Assembly: GCA_965203055.1 (NCBI GenBank)
Contig: OZ241863.1
Span: forward strand, 1,152,001 to 1,216,000
Length of the DNA: 64,000 nucleotides
From: Spirochaetia bacterium
GTDB lineage: Bacteria > Spirochaetota > Spirochaetia > SZUA-6 > Bin103
Reading direction: 5' to 3'
A model generated the notes under the pieces. The model was given only the letters and a program-made list of their open reading frames with translations, had not been told where the DNA came from and searched no databases. This document shows, piece by piece, positions 37,077 to 46,916 of the stretch. Numbering within the stretch: position 1 is the first letter of the stretch; every line of letters starts with the position of its first letter. The translations under genes were made by a program, and so were the position numbers.

Positions 37077-39638
37077 TCAGCCGGCCAGCAGTTCGGTGAG
37101 GCGGCGCTGCCACTCGGCTTCGTCCACCACCTCGAAGCGCATGGTCTTGCCGCGCATCGCCGGCACGAATTCGGCCCAGTCGCGCCGGGTGGCGTGGCGC
37201 GAGCACAGGTCGAACACCGAGCGCTTGTATTCGGTGTCCGCCGCCTCCTGCAGATGGAGGCCCTTGGTCTCGATCACGAACACCTGATGAAATGCATCGG
37301 TCGCGTCCGCTTCGTCCGGCTTCAACGTGAAGATGAAGTCGGCGTAGATGCGGCCGCGCTTCCAGCCCTGCACGTAGTAGTCCTGGCGCGCCCGGTTGCG
37401 GTACCAGAAGAACAGGCGTTCCTGTCGATCCAGGAAGGTCGCCACGCGGTGCTCCAGCTCGTTCATGGGGTCGTCGCCGGCGCGGTCGAACAGATCGAGT
37501 TGGAACGGGCCGCCGTCCCGGCGGTTGGCCGGCGGCGCCGCGGCCCGGAGCTGCCGGGGCAGGCGGTTGAAGCCAAGGTCGTTGGCCGCCACGATGAAGC
37601 GCATCGCGCCGGACTCCAGCAGCCCGGTGAACACGCCGCGCGCCAGCCGGTCGCGTTCGGCCTCCAGGCGCTTGCGCAGCTCTTCCAGGATGAAGCCGTA
37701 GTTGCGCACCACCAGCGGGCGCGGATGGCGCTCCAGGAGGGCGCCGAAGACGCGCCGCGCCAGCGCGCTGCCGCGCCACGGATTGGGCATCACGTCCAGC
37801 AGGTGGCCGGCGGCGAACGCATGGTCCAGGCGGGCGTCGACCGCGGCGGCGGAGCCCGCGGCGGAGCCGGCGGAGGAGCGGGCGGCGGCTGCCGCGGCCG
37901 ACGACTCCACGCGGCCGTCCACGCCGATCCGCAGCTCGATGCCGCCTTCCGGGCGCTCGCCGAGCGGCAGGTCGAACAGCGGGCTCACGTCGACCTCATC
38001 CCACGCCGCCCGCGCCAGCAGGTCCGCCTCGTAGTGCGCGGGCCGCCACTCGCCCCGGTCGCGGATCATGAACGCCGGCAGCACCAGGTCGCGCGCGGCC
38101 CGCCGGAAGCGCGCGCGCTGGCGCCGCGCCGCGGGCCGGTCCGGCTGCACCGGGCCGTCTTCGACGGCGACCACGTTCGCTTGCAGGTCGCCCAGCCCCT
38201 CGCGCCCGAAGCCGCGGCGCACCTCCTGCAGCAGCTCGGCGCCGCGGCGCCGAAAGCAGAACACGTAGCTCTCGTCCAGCCAGCGGTCACCGGTCTTGCG
38301 CGCGTAGGGCTGGCGCAGGATGCGGCCGACGAGCTGCGTCAACGCGGTCTTCGAGCCGGGGCGGGTCAGGATCGCCAGCACGTAGGCGAACGCGCAGTCC
38401 CATCCCTCCTGCAGCGCCTGTTTGGTGATGATGAAGCGGATCGGGCAGTCGCGCGCCAGCAGACCGCCGGCGTCGTCCACCTCCTTCAGGTCGTCGCGGG
38501 CGCTGGTCTTGACGGCGACGTGCTCGGGGTTGACGGCGGGATGCTGCAGCAGGTACTCGCGGGCGTCCTCGGCGTGCACCACGCCGGGCTGCCGCTGGTC
38601 GCGGCCGGTGCGCTCCACCTGGATCAGGCAGATCGGGCGGATGCGCAGGCCGGTGGCCGCGGCGTGGCGCCGCGCGCGTTCCTCCAGCTTCGCGCGGTGC
38701 TCCACCGCGGCCAGCAGGGTGTCCTTCCAGCTCGCGCCGGAGCGGTTGCCGACGTGCAGGTCGAGCTTGATCATCTCCTCCGCGTGCAGGTCGCGGCCCA
38801 CGACCTCGATCAGCACGTTGGCCTGCGGCGCCGGGGTGGCGGACAGCTCCACGATCAGGCAGGGATTGAACCCCTCCAGCGTCGCCTTGGCGTTGCGGCT
38901 GTACGCCTTGTGCCCCTCGTCCAGCACGATCAGCGGGCGCAGCAGGCGCAGCGTGTTGCCCAGCGAGGTCTTGATCTGGCGGCCCCGGAAGCCGCCGGCG
39001 ACATCGTCGAAGGTGTCGAGGTTGGGGATGCGTTCCAGCAGCGCGCGGTGGCCGGCCGCGTCGTGGTCGGCGGGGAAGAAGCGGTCGAACCCGCCGCTGT
39101 CGCGGAACATCCGCAGTTGTTCCCTGGTCTCGCGGTTGGCCGAAGGCAGCATCAGCAGCAGGATGCAGAGGTTGTCGGCCACGTCGGCCGGGCTGAAGCC
39201 GTGGCGCTTCTCCAGCAGCAGGGTGCGGCCGGCGGAGGCCAGGTCGAGTTGGTGCCGGTAGGGGTGGCTGCGGTCCTTGAGCGCCGCCAGGGTCTGGCGG
39301 TAGATCTGGACGGTCGGGACCACCCACAGCACCAGACCGGTCGGCCGGAACAGGAACGAGCCGTTCACCAGACCGATCACGCGGGTGGCCAGCAGGGTCT
39401 TGCCGCCGCCGGTCGGGATCTTGAGGCAGAAGGCGGGCAACGGCTCGCCGCTGCCGGTGGTCCGCGCGGCGTAGGGCCGCGCCGGCCGGCTCCGCTCCCA
39501 CGCCCGGCGCGCCCAGTCGAAGCCGAATTCGGGATCGGCCGCGCGGGCGCGGGCGTCGGTCCGGCGCGCCTCGGCGAGCGCTTCGAGCAGGTTCCGCACC
39601 GCCGCCAGCACCCGCCGCTGGTACTCCTTGAGGATCAT
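37077..39638 (-). CDS. Type III restriction endonuclease Res subunit
   Basis: PTGGGKT Walker A, DEGH, SATP, LQEGWD, QLVGRILRQP, C-terminal ADF...IETKG nuclease motif. Confidence 0.92.
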   Translation of the reverse strand: MILKEYQRRVLAAVRNLLEALAEARRTDARARAADPEFGFDWARRAWERSRPARPYAARTTGSGEPLPAFCLKIPTGGGKTLLATRVIGLVNGSFLFRPTGLVLWVVPTVQIYRQTLAALKDRSHPYRHQLDLASAGRTLLLEKRHGFSPADVADNLCILLLMLPSANRETREQLRMFRDSGGFDRFFPADHDAAGHRALLERIPNLDTFDDVAGGFRGRQIKTSLGNTLRLLRPLIVLDEGHKAYSRNAKATLEGFNPCLIVELSATPAPQANVLIEVVGRDLHAEEMIKLDLHVGNRSGASWKDTLLAAVEHRAKLEERARRHAAATGLRIRPICLIQVERTGRDQRQPGVVHAEDAREYLLQHPAVNPEHVAVKTSARDDLKEVDDAGGLLARDCPIRFIITKQALQEGWDCAFAYVLAILTRPGSKTALTQLVGRILRQPYARKTGDRWLDESYVFCFRRRGAELLQEVRRGFGREGLGDLQANVVAVEDGPVQPDRPAARRQRARFRRAARDLVLPAFMIRDRGEWRPAHYEADLLARAAWDEVDVSPLFDLPLGERPEGGIELRIGVDGRVESSAAAAAARSSAGSAAGSAAAVDARLDHAFAAGHLLDVMPNPWRGSALARRVFGALLERHPRPLVVRNYGFILEELRKRLEAERDRLARGVFTGLLESGAMRFIVAANDLGFNRLPRQLRAAAPPANRRDGGPFQLDLFDRAGDDPMNELEHRVATFLDRQERLFFWYRNRARQDYYVQGWKRGRIYADFIFTLKPDEADATDAFHQVFVIETKGLHLQEAADTEYKRSVFDLCSRHATRRDWAEFVPAMRGKTMRFEVVDEAEWQRRLTELLAG

Positions 39639-41287
39639 CGCGCGGGGGGCGGGCCGTCGCGCTGCGCGCCGCGGGCGGCGGTCTGGTAGATCTGGAACGG
39701 CAACTGGCAGAAGGTGATGCGGTTTTCGTCCAGGAAGTCCTGGTCCAGGTAGCGGGCGGGCGCGAACACCAGCCGCCGCCGGTCACGGTGCGGAGGCAGC
39801 GAGCGGGCGAACTCCAGCGTCAGCGCCAACTCCTTGAGCCGCTCCGCGTCCGGTTCGTAGATCAGATACACGTCGCCGCGCGGGCTGCTGCCGATGAAGC
39901 CGGTGGCGCGGTCGACCGCGCCGGGATCGAACTGGTCGCCGGTGGCGGTGAAGAACACGTAGCCGGCCAGCGCCGCGTAGTCGGGCAGATTCGCCTCGTC
40001 CAGCAACGATTCCTGGCGCATCGGCCCGCCCAGCACGAAGTAGCTGAAGGTGCCGCCGAGCCCCTGCCGCAGCGCCGCGTCGCGGGCGGACGGCACGCCG
40101 GCGATGACGCGGCGCACGCGCTCGGCGGTGATGGAGTCGGCGTAGCCTTCGCATTCGATCAGCACGAAGCGCCGGTTGCCGCCGTCCTCCCGGTTCAGCG
40201 CCAGCACCGCGTGCGCCGTGGTCCCGGAACCGGCGAACGAATCGAGCACGATCGAATCCCGGTCCGTGGCGATGCGCAGGATGTGCTTGACGAGTGCGGT
40301 CGGCTTGACCGTGTTGAACACGTCTTCCGAGCGCTCGAAGTCCAGCACGCCGACCAGCTCCTTCTTGGCTTCCTGCGTATGGCCGACTTCGGCATGCGGC
40401 CATATCGTCTGCGGTATGACGCCCTGCCGTACTTCGGAAAGATACCGCTTCAACCGCGGCATGCCGGCGCCGTCCGGCCCCCACCAGATGCGGTTCTCCG
40501 CATTTAGCTCGGCGAACCGATCCGGCGAGACGCGAAAGTAATTGCCGACCGACGGCCGGAACGTCTTGCCGGAAGGACTGGTCACTTCATACGTGCCGAG
40601 GCGGTAGTAGTTCCGGGCGGTCAGATCGCTCGATGACCACGCGCCGCGCGGGTCGTCGTCCGGGTTCCGGTAGCGGCTCGCCGCCTGCGCGCTGCGCTGC
40701 AGCAGATGCGGCTTCCATTGGTCCGCGTCCTGCGCGTAGATGACGATGAAGTCGTGGTCTTCGGAGAAGTGTCTGGCCGTGTTCCGCGGCGAAAAGTTCT
40801 TCTGCCAGACGACGGTCGCCAGGAAGTTTTCGACGCCGAATACTTCGTCCATCAGGGCGCGCAGGTGATGGACCTCATGGTCGTCGATGGAGACGAAGAT
40901 GGCGCCGTCGGGACGGAGCAGCTCGCGCAGGAGCTTCAGCCGCGGCAGCATCATGCAGCACCACTTGTCGTGCCGGGTCAGGTCGTCGCGGTCGACCGTC
41001 TTGCCGAGCCAGGCGCGCATCATCGGCGAGTTGACGTTGTCGTTGTAGGCCCAACCCTCGTTGCCGGTGTTGTAGGGCGGATCGACGTAGATGCACTTGA
41101 CGCGGTTGTGATAGACCGGCAGCAGCGCCTTCAGCGCCGCCAGATTGTCGCCGTGCACGATCAGGTTGTCGTGCAGGCTCGCCGGCCTGCTCAGCCCCTT
41201 GTCCGCCGCCGGCCGCAGGTCATGGAACGGCACCGTCAGATGATGATTCTCGACGAACGTCCTACCCTTGAACTGCAACGACGGCAT
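39635..41287 (-). CDS. Type III R-M N6-adenine methyltransferase Mod subunit
   Basis: Start MPSLQFKG at 41287; YVDPPYNTG, LDSFAGSGTT; ATGA overlap with res. Confidence 0.93.
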   Translation of the reverse strand: MPSLQFKGRTFVENHHLTVPFHDLRPAADKGLSRPASLHDNLIVHGDNLAALKALLPVYHNRVKCIYVDPPYNTGNEGWAYNDNVNSPMMRAWLGKTVDRDDLTRHDKWCCMMLPRLKLLRELLRPDGAIFVSIDDHEVHHLRALMDEVFGVENFLATVVWQKNFSPRNTARHFSEDHDFIVIYAQDADQWKPHLLQRSAQAASRYRNPDDDPRGAWSSSDLTARNYYRLGTYEVTSPSGKTFRPSVGNYFRVSPDRFAELNAENRIWWGPDGAGMPRLKRYLSEVRQGVIPQTIWPHAEVGHTQEAKKELVGVLDFERSEDVFNTVKPTALVKHILRIATDRDSIVLDSFAGSGTTAHAVLALNREDGGNRRFVLIECEGYADSITAERVRRVIAGVPSARDAALRQGLGGTFSYFVLGGPMRQESLLDEANLPDYAALAGYVFFTATGDQFDPGAVDRATGFIGSSPRGDVYLIYEPDAERLKELALTLEFARSLPPHRDRRRLVFAPARYLDQDFLDENRITFCQLPFQIYQTAARGAQRDGPPPAR

Positions 41288-42653
41288 TGCTGGATCGGCC
41301 TGCGCAACGGCCACGCATCGGGTCCGAGGGTTCCTCGGGCGCGTCCGCTTCGGCCCGAAGTCTATTCCCAAACGAACCGACACGTCCAGGGGCCGCATTG
41401 CCTGGGCGCATTCCAAAATGTAGGTAAGCATCGGGCCGCTTGGCGGCCAAGCCCAAGTCCCAGTGATCACCGCAGCGGCGCCCGCTGGCGCGGTCCACGT
41501 AGCGGCAGCGGCCGCGGTCGCGCCGCCACACCTCGCGCTTGACCGCCGCCGGGATGGCGCGGCCGGTCACGCCCGTCTTCGCTGCCGAAGTCCGGGGCCG
41601 CGGCGCGGCAGCCGGCTGCGCGCACGCCGCAGCCGGCCGGTCGAGGCGCCGCGTCTTCGCCGCCGAAGTGGCGTCGGTCGCCGGCTTCGCTGCCGAAGTG
41701 TCCGGGCGGTCAGCGGCTTCGTCTCCCGGCTCCGCCGGCGCCTGAGCCTGAGCCGATACCTTCGCCGCCGAAGGAGCGGCGCTGTCCGCGCCGCGAGCCG
41801 AGGCCGCCTGCGTCTTCGGCGCCGAAGTTTGCTCGGCTCCTTTGGCCGGCGCGGCGCGCCGCCCGCGTGGCGGCCGGGCCGGGTCGTGGCGGTCGAGCCC
41901 TTCCCGCACCAGCCGCCCCATGAGCTGCCCCATCGTAATGTGCGGATCGACGTGGGACAGGAGGCCCTTGAGCCGCTCCAGGCCGCGCCGGCACTCATCG
42001 TCGATCACCGCCTTGAGTTCCCAGCGCCCGCCGCCCAGGGGCCGCACCCGATCCGCCGGCGCCGCCAGCTCCGGGTCCACCTCGGCCAGCAACTGCATCA
42101 CCTGCCGGCTGCTCTTGCCGGACGCCTGCTCCACCAGCTCCCGCCGCGCCTCCGCGTCCAGTACCGGCGCCGGCTCCGGCGCCGGCTTCCGCTCCGCCGG
42201 CCGCGGCGGCCGCGGCGGCGGCGGCGAGCCCTCCTGCGACTGAGCGGCTGCCCCGAACCCGGCCCCGCTCGGCGCGCTGCGCGCCGCGCGTTCCTTCTTG
42301 CGCTCCTGCCGGTCGAACGCATGCTGCAACTGCGCGGCCGCATTCAGCGTCATCGTGCCATTCCGCAGGCGCTCGCGCACGCCGTCGACGTCAGCGCAGA
42401 GGCGCATCGCCTTGATGCGCCGCCACGCTGCGGCGTCGCTGTAACCCAGTTCGCGCACCGCGTAATCGAACAGGCTCGAGAACCCGCGGCGCAGATACAG
42501 GCGGCGCTTCTGGATCTCGCGCAGGTGGTCGATGACGACCACTTCGAGATGGTGTTCGATGCGGGAAAGTTCCTTGGTCCGCTCCAGCAAGCGGTCGTCT
42601 GAGAGGGCGGATACGGTAGTGGTTACGGCCTCGTCTGAAGCATGATTGTTCAT
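41262..42653 (-). pseudogene. HNH element ORF copy 2, HNH active site deleted, reads through the right end
   Basis: Near-identical to 13694-14878, then RRCG-DHWDLG jumps to the right-end sequence. Confidence 0.85.
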
Positions 42654-42897
42654 GACATAAGTATAATCATGGAAACTACTTGAGTCAAGTTATCCGGCCC
42701 GGAATATGCCACCTGCGGGCGTGACTCGGCGGCGCATTTCCAAGCGGATAAGTTCCGTCAGATGCTACCGCCGAGAATGTCGCCGGCGTCGGGCGGCAGG
42801 GTTTCTTCTTACGGCCCCAGGCGGCCTCGTCGATCTCCTTACGCCTTTCCGGCGGCTTCGAGGGCGGGACCGGTACCAACAAATTGGAAGTGCGCCC
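41404..42897 (-). mobile_element. TIR-bounded HNH-endonuclease element, copy 2 (defective, inverted)
   Basis: GGGCGCATTCCAAAATG from 41404 and CAAATTGGAAGTGCGCCC ending 42897. Confidence 0.75.
42654..42690 (-). promoter_or_regulatory. Sigma70 promoter TTGACT-17-TATACT (leaderless), copy 2
   Basis: -35 at 42688-42683, -10 at 42665-42660, ATG at 42653. Confidence 0.8.
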
Positions 42898-42967
42898 GGC
42901 CCTCCATCTCCGTTGGCGCGGATGACCAGCTCATGCTATCGTCTGCCTGTTTGGAGGGATTGGCGCC

Positions 42968-43774
42968 ATGACCAGCTCCACGCTCGCTCCCGCCGCTATC
43001 GAGTACCCCACCGAGGACGGTGTCCCTCTGGCCGAATCCGATTACCAAGCCATCCCCCTCATGTACGCGGTCACCGGACTGCGCGACTTCTTCCGCCGCC
43101 GCCCCGACGTCTACGTGTCGGGCAACCTGCTGGTCTACTACGAGGAGGGCAACGTCGATGCGTCGGTAGCACCCGACGTGTTCGTGGTGTTCGGGGTGCC
43201 GAGCCACCGCCGGCCGATCTACAAGGTGTGGGAGGAGGGCAAGAGCCCCGACTTCGTAATGGAGATCACCTCGAATCACACCCGGGATGAGGACGAGGGG
43301 CCGAAGCGGGAGTTGTATGAGTCGCTGGGGGTGCGGGAGTACTGGCAATACGATCCGACGGGAGACTACCTGGAGCCGCCGTTGCGCTGCTTGAGTCTGG
43401 TGCGCGGGGAGTACGAGGAGTTGACGGAGACGCGGCTGGGGGACGGGTCGCTGGTGATGTACAGCGCGGTGCTGGGGCTGGAAGTGCGGGTCGAGGAAGG
43501 GGGGCTGCGCTTTCGCGACCCTGAGACGGGAGAGAGCATATCGACGTTCACCGAGCTACGACAGGGGCGGCAGCAGGCGCGGCAGCAGGCGGAGCTGGCG
43601 CGGCAGCAGGCGGAACAGGCGCAGCGCCAGGCGGAAGACGCGCGCCGGGCCGCGGAAGCGCGCCTGGAACGGGAAGTGGCGGCCCGGCAGGCCGCGGCGG
43701 CGCAGGTGGCGGAGCTGCAGGCATTGCTGGCGCGGCGGCCCGAGCCGGGCGCCGACTCCGGTCCGGGAGGGTAG
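42968..43774 (+). CDS. Uma2 family endonuclease with coiled-coil tail
   Basis: YPTEDGVPLAES, APDVFVVFGV, PDFVMEITS, LGVREYWQYDP. Confidence 0.92.
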   Translation: MTSSTLAPAAIEYPTEDGVPLAESDYQAIPLMYAVTGLRDFFRRRPDVYVSGNLLVYYEEGNVDASVAPDVFVVFGVPSHRRPIYKVWEEGKSPDFVMEITSNHTRDEDEGPKRELYESLGVREYWQYDPTGDYLEPPLRCLSLVRGEYEELTETRLGDGSLVMYSAVLGLEVRVEEGGLRFRDPETGESISTFTELRQGRQQARQQAELARQQAEQAQRQAEDARRAAEARLEREVAARQAAAAQVAELQALLARRPEPGADSGPGG

Positions 43775-43891
43775 CGCCGCCTGCGGCCCACCCGGCGCCC
43801 GGCGGCTGCCCGGAGACGCGCCGCGCGGGTGGGAGGGGGTGGGAGGTCAGGAGAAGTGACGACGGCACGGGCCGCCCGGTACATTGGGGTT

Positions 43892-46846
43892 GTGTCAATA
43901 CGTCATTGCTTCGCTCGTCGTCGTCCGGTCGCCGCGCTGGCCGCCGCGGCGTTCTCGCTGCTCCTGGGGCTTGCCGCTGCCCCCGCCGCGCCGGCCCTGC
44001 CCGAGGACCTGGCCCCCGGCGCTCCGTTGCCGTTCGACCCGGCGGTGCGGCGGGGAACGCTGAGCAACGGGCTGGTCTACTACGTGCGGCGCAACGTCGA
44101 GCCGCGCAACCGCGCCGAGCTGCGGCTGGCGGTACGCGCCGGATCGGTCCTGGAGCAGGAGCGGCAGCGCGGGTTCGCGCACTTCGTGGAGCACATGGCG
44201 TTCAACGGCACCGAGCGCTTCGCCAAGCACGAAATCATCGAATACCTGGAATCGCTCGGCAGCGGGTTCGGGCCCGACCTCAATGCCTACACCAGCTTCG
44301 ACGAAACCGTGTACCAGCTCGAACTCCCCACCGCTGACCCGGAGGCGCTGGAGACCGGGTTCCGCATTCTCGCCGACTGGGCCTACGCCATCGCCTTCGA
44401 TCCCGACGAGGTGGTGCAGGAGCGGGACGTGATCATGGAGGAGTGGCGCTCCGACCGCGGCGCTTCCGCCCGCATCTGGGACCGCCAGCTTCCGGTGCTG
44501 CTCGGCGATTCCCGCTACGCGGTGCGGCGCCCGATCGGCGAGCCGGAGGTGTTCACCGGCGCCACCGCGGAACGCCTGCGCGAGTTCGCCGACGCCTGGT
44601 ACCGCCCGGAGTTGATGGCGGTGGCCGCGGTGGGGGACTTCGACGAGGAGCGGATCGAGGCCGCCATTCGTCGCCACTTCGCCCCGCCGCCGCAGGGCGA
44701 GGCGGAGTACGCGCGGGCGCGGCGCTCCGAGCCGCCCGTCGACCGCCCGCAATTCCCGATACCCGACCACCGTGAGGCGCGGGTAAGCGTGGTGACCGAC
44801 CCGGAAGCGAGCGCCGCCTCGTTCACCCTGTACCGCAAGCTGCCCGCGGAAGCCGGCCAGGACGTGGCGGCCTACCGGCGGCTGGTGGTTGACGGTCTGT
44901 ACGGCGAAATGATCAACCAGCGCCTGTTCGAGCGCCGCCAGGTGGCGGATCCTCCCTACCTCAGCGCCAGCTCCGGGCGCGGCAACCTGGTGGGGGCCAG
45001 CGCGGTGCTGGTCGCCCGGGCGCGGGTGGACGAGGCGGGCGTGGCGCGCGGGCTGGACGTGGTGTTGGAGGAGCTGCGGCGGGCGCAGGCGCACGGTTTC
45101 ACCTCCACCGAGCTGGCGCGGGCCAAGGCCAACCAGTTGCGCAACATCGAGAGCGCCTATCAGGAGCGCGACCAGCGCCCGTCGGCGCGGCTGGCGGCCG
45201 AGTACCTGCGTCACTTCCTGGAGCAGGAGCCGGTGCCCGGCCTGGAGGTCGAGTACGAGCTGTACCAGCGGTTGCTGCCGGAGATCGATACCGCGGCGGT
45301 GGACGCGGTGGCCGACCTGTGGGCGGAGCCGGGCAACGTCGTGCTGCTGGTATCGGGACCGGCGGGTATCAGCGCCGCGGCCGCCGAAGCCGCCGGCGTC
45401 GACCCGCAGGACACCGAGGCTGCCAATGCCGCGCTGGCGGCGGCGTTGCGCGCGCAACTGGCCGCCGCGGTCACCCGCGCGGTCGAACCCTACGAGGACC
45501 TGACCGGAGACGCGCCGCTGCTGGCGCGCGCGCCGCAGCCGGGCGCCATCGTCGGGGAGCGCCGGCTGGAGGAGATCGACGCGCTGGAGTGGACCCTGTC
45601 CAACGGCGTCACGGTGATCGCCAGGCAGACCGACTTCCGCAACGACGAGGTGCTGATGGCCGCCACCAGCCCGGGCGGCGACTCGCTGGCAGCCAATGAG
45701 GACTACCTCGCGGCGTTCACCGCGGCCATGATCGCCACCGGCAGCGGCGCCGGCGCGCACGACCAGGTCGCGCTGGACAAGCTGCTCACCGGCAAGAACG
45801 TGTCGTTGTCGCCCACCATCGGCGAACTGTTCGAGGGATTGAACGGCCAGGCCTCGCCGCGCGACCTGGAGACGCTGTTCCAGCTCGTCACGCTGTACGC
45901 CACCGCGCCGCGCTTCGATCCGACCTACTTCGCGTCATTCCGGTCGCGGCTGCAAAGCCAGGTCGAAAATCGCGACGCGGCGCCGCAGGCGGTGTTCCGG
46001 GACCGGCTGCGCAGCGTCCTGGCGCAGGATCACTTCCGCGCGCGGCCTCTGACCCTGGAGATGCTGGAGGAGTTGAGTCTGGAGCGCTCGCGCTCCTTCT
46101 ACGAGGACCGCTTCGCCGACTTCGGCGACTTCACCTTCATCTTCACCGGCGCCTTCGACTGGGAGGAACTGCGGGAGCTGAGCGCGGCCTATCTCGCCGC
46201 GCTGCCGGCCGCGGGCCGGCAGGAACAGTGGCGCGACGTCGGCATCGACCCGCCGCCGGGGGTGGTGGACGAGACCGTGCGCCGCGGCCTGGAGCCGCTC
46301 AGCACTACCTACCTGATATTTGCCGGCGACATGGAGTGGAGCCGTCGCGAAGCGCTTACCCTCGTGCTGCTGGGCGACATCCTGCAGATCCGCCTGCGCG
46401 AGTCGATCCGGGAGGAGCTCGGCGGCACCTACAGCTACGGCGCCGGCGGCAGCGGGCAGGCGCTGCCCGACCAGGAATACGAGGTGTGGGTCGCCTTCGA
46501 CAGCGACCCGGCGCGCGCCGACGAGCTGTTGGCCGCGGTGTTCGCCGAAGTGGAGTGGCTGCAGGCCGGCGCCGAGCAAAGCTACCTGGACAAGGCGAAG
46601 GAACTGCTGCGTTCCGGCCGGGAGGAGCGGCTGCGCACCAACCACTTCTGGCTCAACCAGATCCGCGCCGCGGTGGAAACCGGCGAGTCGTTCGCCGTGA
46701 TCGGCCGCTTCGAGCAGCGCCTGGACGCCGTGACGCTGGACGACATTGCCGCCGCGGCGCGCCGTTACCTCCGCTCCGACCGCTACGTCCGCGTCATCCT
46801 GCTGCCGGAAGAAGAACCGCCGGAGTCGGCAACGCCGGCGCCCTGA
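43892..46846 (+). CDS. M16 family zinc peptidase (PqqL-like)
   Basis: HFVEH inverted zinc motif, NAYTSFDETVY, LRESIREELGGTY; start approximate. Confidence 0.92.
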   Translation: MSIRHCFARRRPVAALAAAAFSLLLGLAAAPAAPALPEDLAPGAPLPFDPAVRRGTLSNGLVYYVRRNVEPRNRAELRLAVRAGSVLEQERQRGFAHFVEHMAFNGTERFAKHEIIEYLESLGSGFGPDLNAYTSFDETVYQLELPTADPEALETGFRILADWAYAIAFDPDEVVQERDVIMEEWRSDRGASARIWDRQLPVLLGDSRYAVRRPIGEPEVFTGATAERLREFADAWYRPELMAVAAVGDFDEERIEAAIRRHFAPPPQGEAEYARARRSEPPVDRPQFPIPDHREARVSVVTDPEASAASFTLYRKLPAEAGQDVAAYRRLVVDGLYGEMINQRLFERRQVADPPYLSASSGRGNLVGASAVLVARARVDEAGVARGLDVVLEELRRAQAHGFTSTELARAKANQLRNIESAYQERDQRPSARLAAEYLRHFLEQEPVPGLEVEYELYQRLLPEIDTAAVDAVADLWAEPGNVVLLVSGPAGISAAAAEAAGVDPQDTEAANAALAAALRAQLAAAVTRAVEPYEDLTGDAPLLARAPQPGAIVGERRLEEIDALEWTLSNGVTVIARQTDFRNDEVLMAATSPGGDSLAANEDYLAAFTAAMIATGSGAGAHDQVALDKLLTGKNVSLSPTIGELFEGLNGQASPRDLETLFQLVTLYATAPRFDPTYFASFRSRLQSQVENRDAAPQAVFRDRLRSVLAQDHFRARPLTLEMLEELSLERSRSFYEDRFADFGDFTFIFTGAFDWEELRELSAAYLAALPAAGRQEQWRDVGIDPPPGVVDETVRRGLEPLSTTYLIFAGDMEWSRREALTLVLLGDILQIRLRESIREELGGTYSYGAGGSGQALPDQEYEVWVAFDSDPARADELLAAVFAEVEWLQAGAEQSYLDKAKELLRSGREERLRTNHFWLNQIRAAVETGESFAVIGRFEQRLDAVTLDDIAAAARRYLRSDRYVRVILLPEEEPPESATPAP

Positions 46847-46916
46847 ATGCCCTGATAGGGGCGCCGCGGGGCCGGCGGCCGGTTCCCGCGCCGGGCCCGC
46901 GGGCTGACTGACTAAC

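Noticed and set aside
39635..41287. Phase-variable type III mod (phasevarion)
   Set aside because: No simple-sequence repeat tract seen in the gene.
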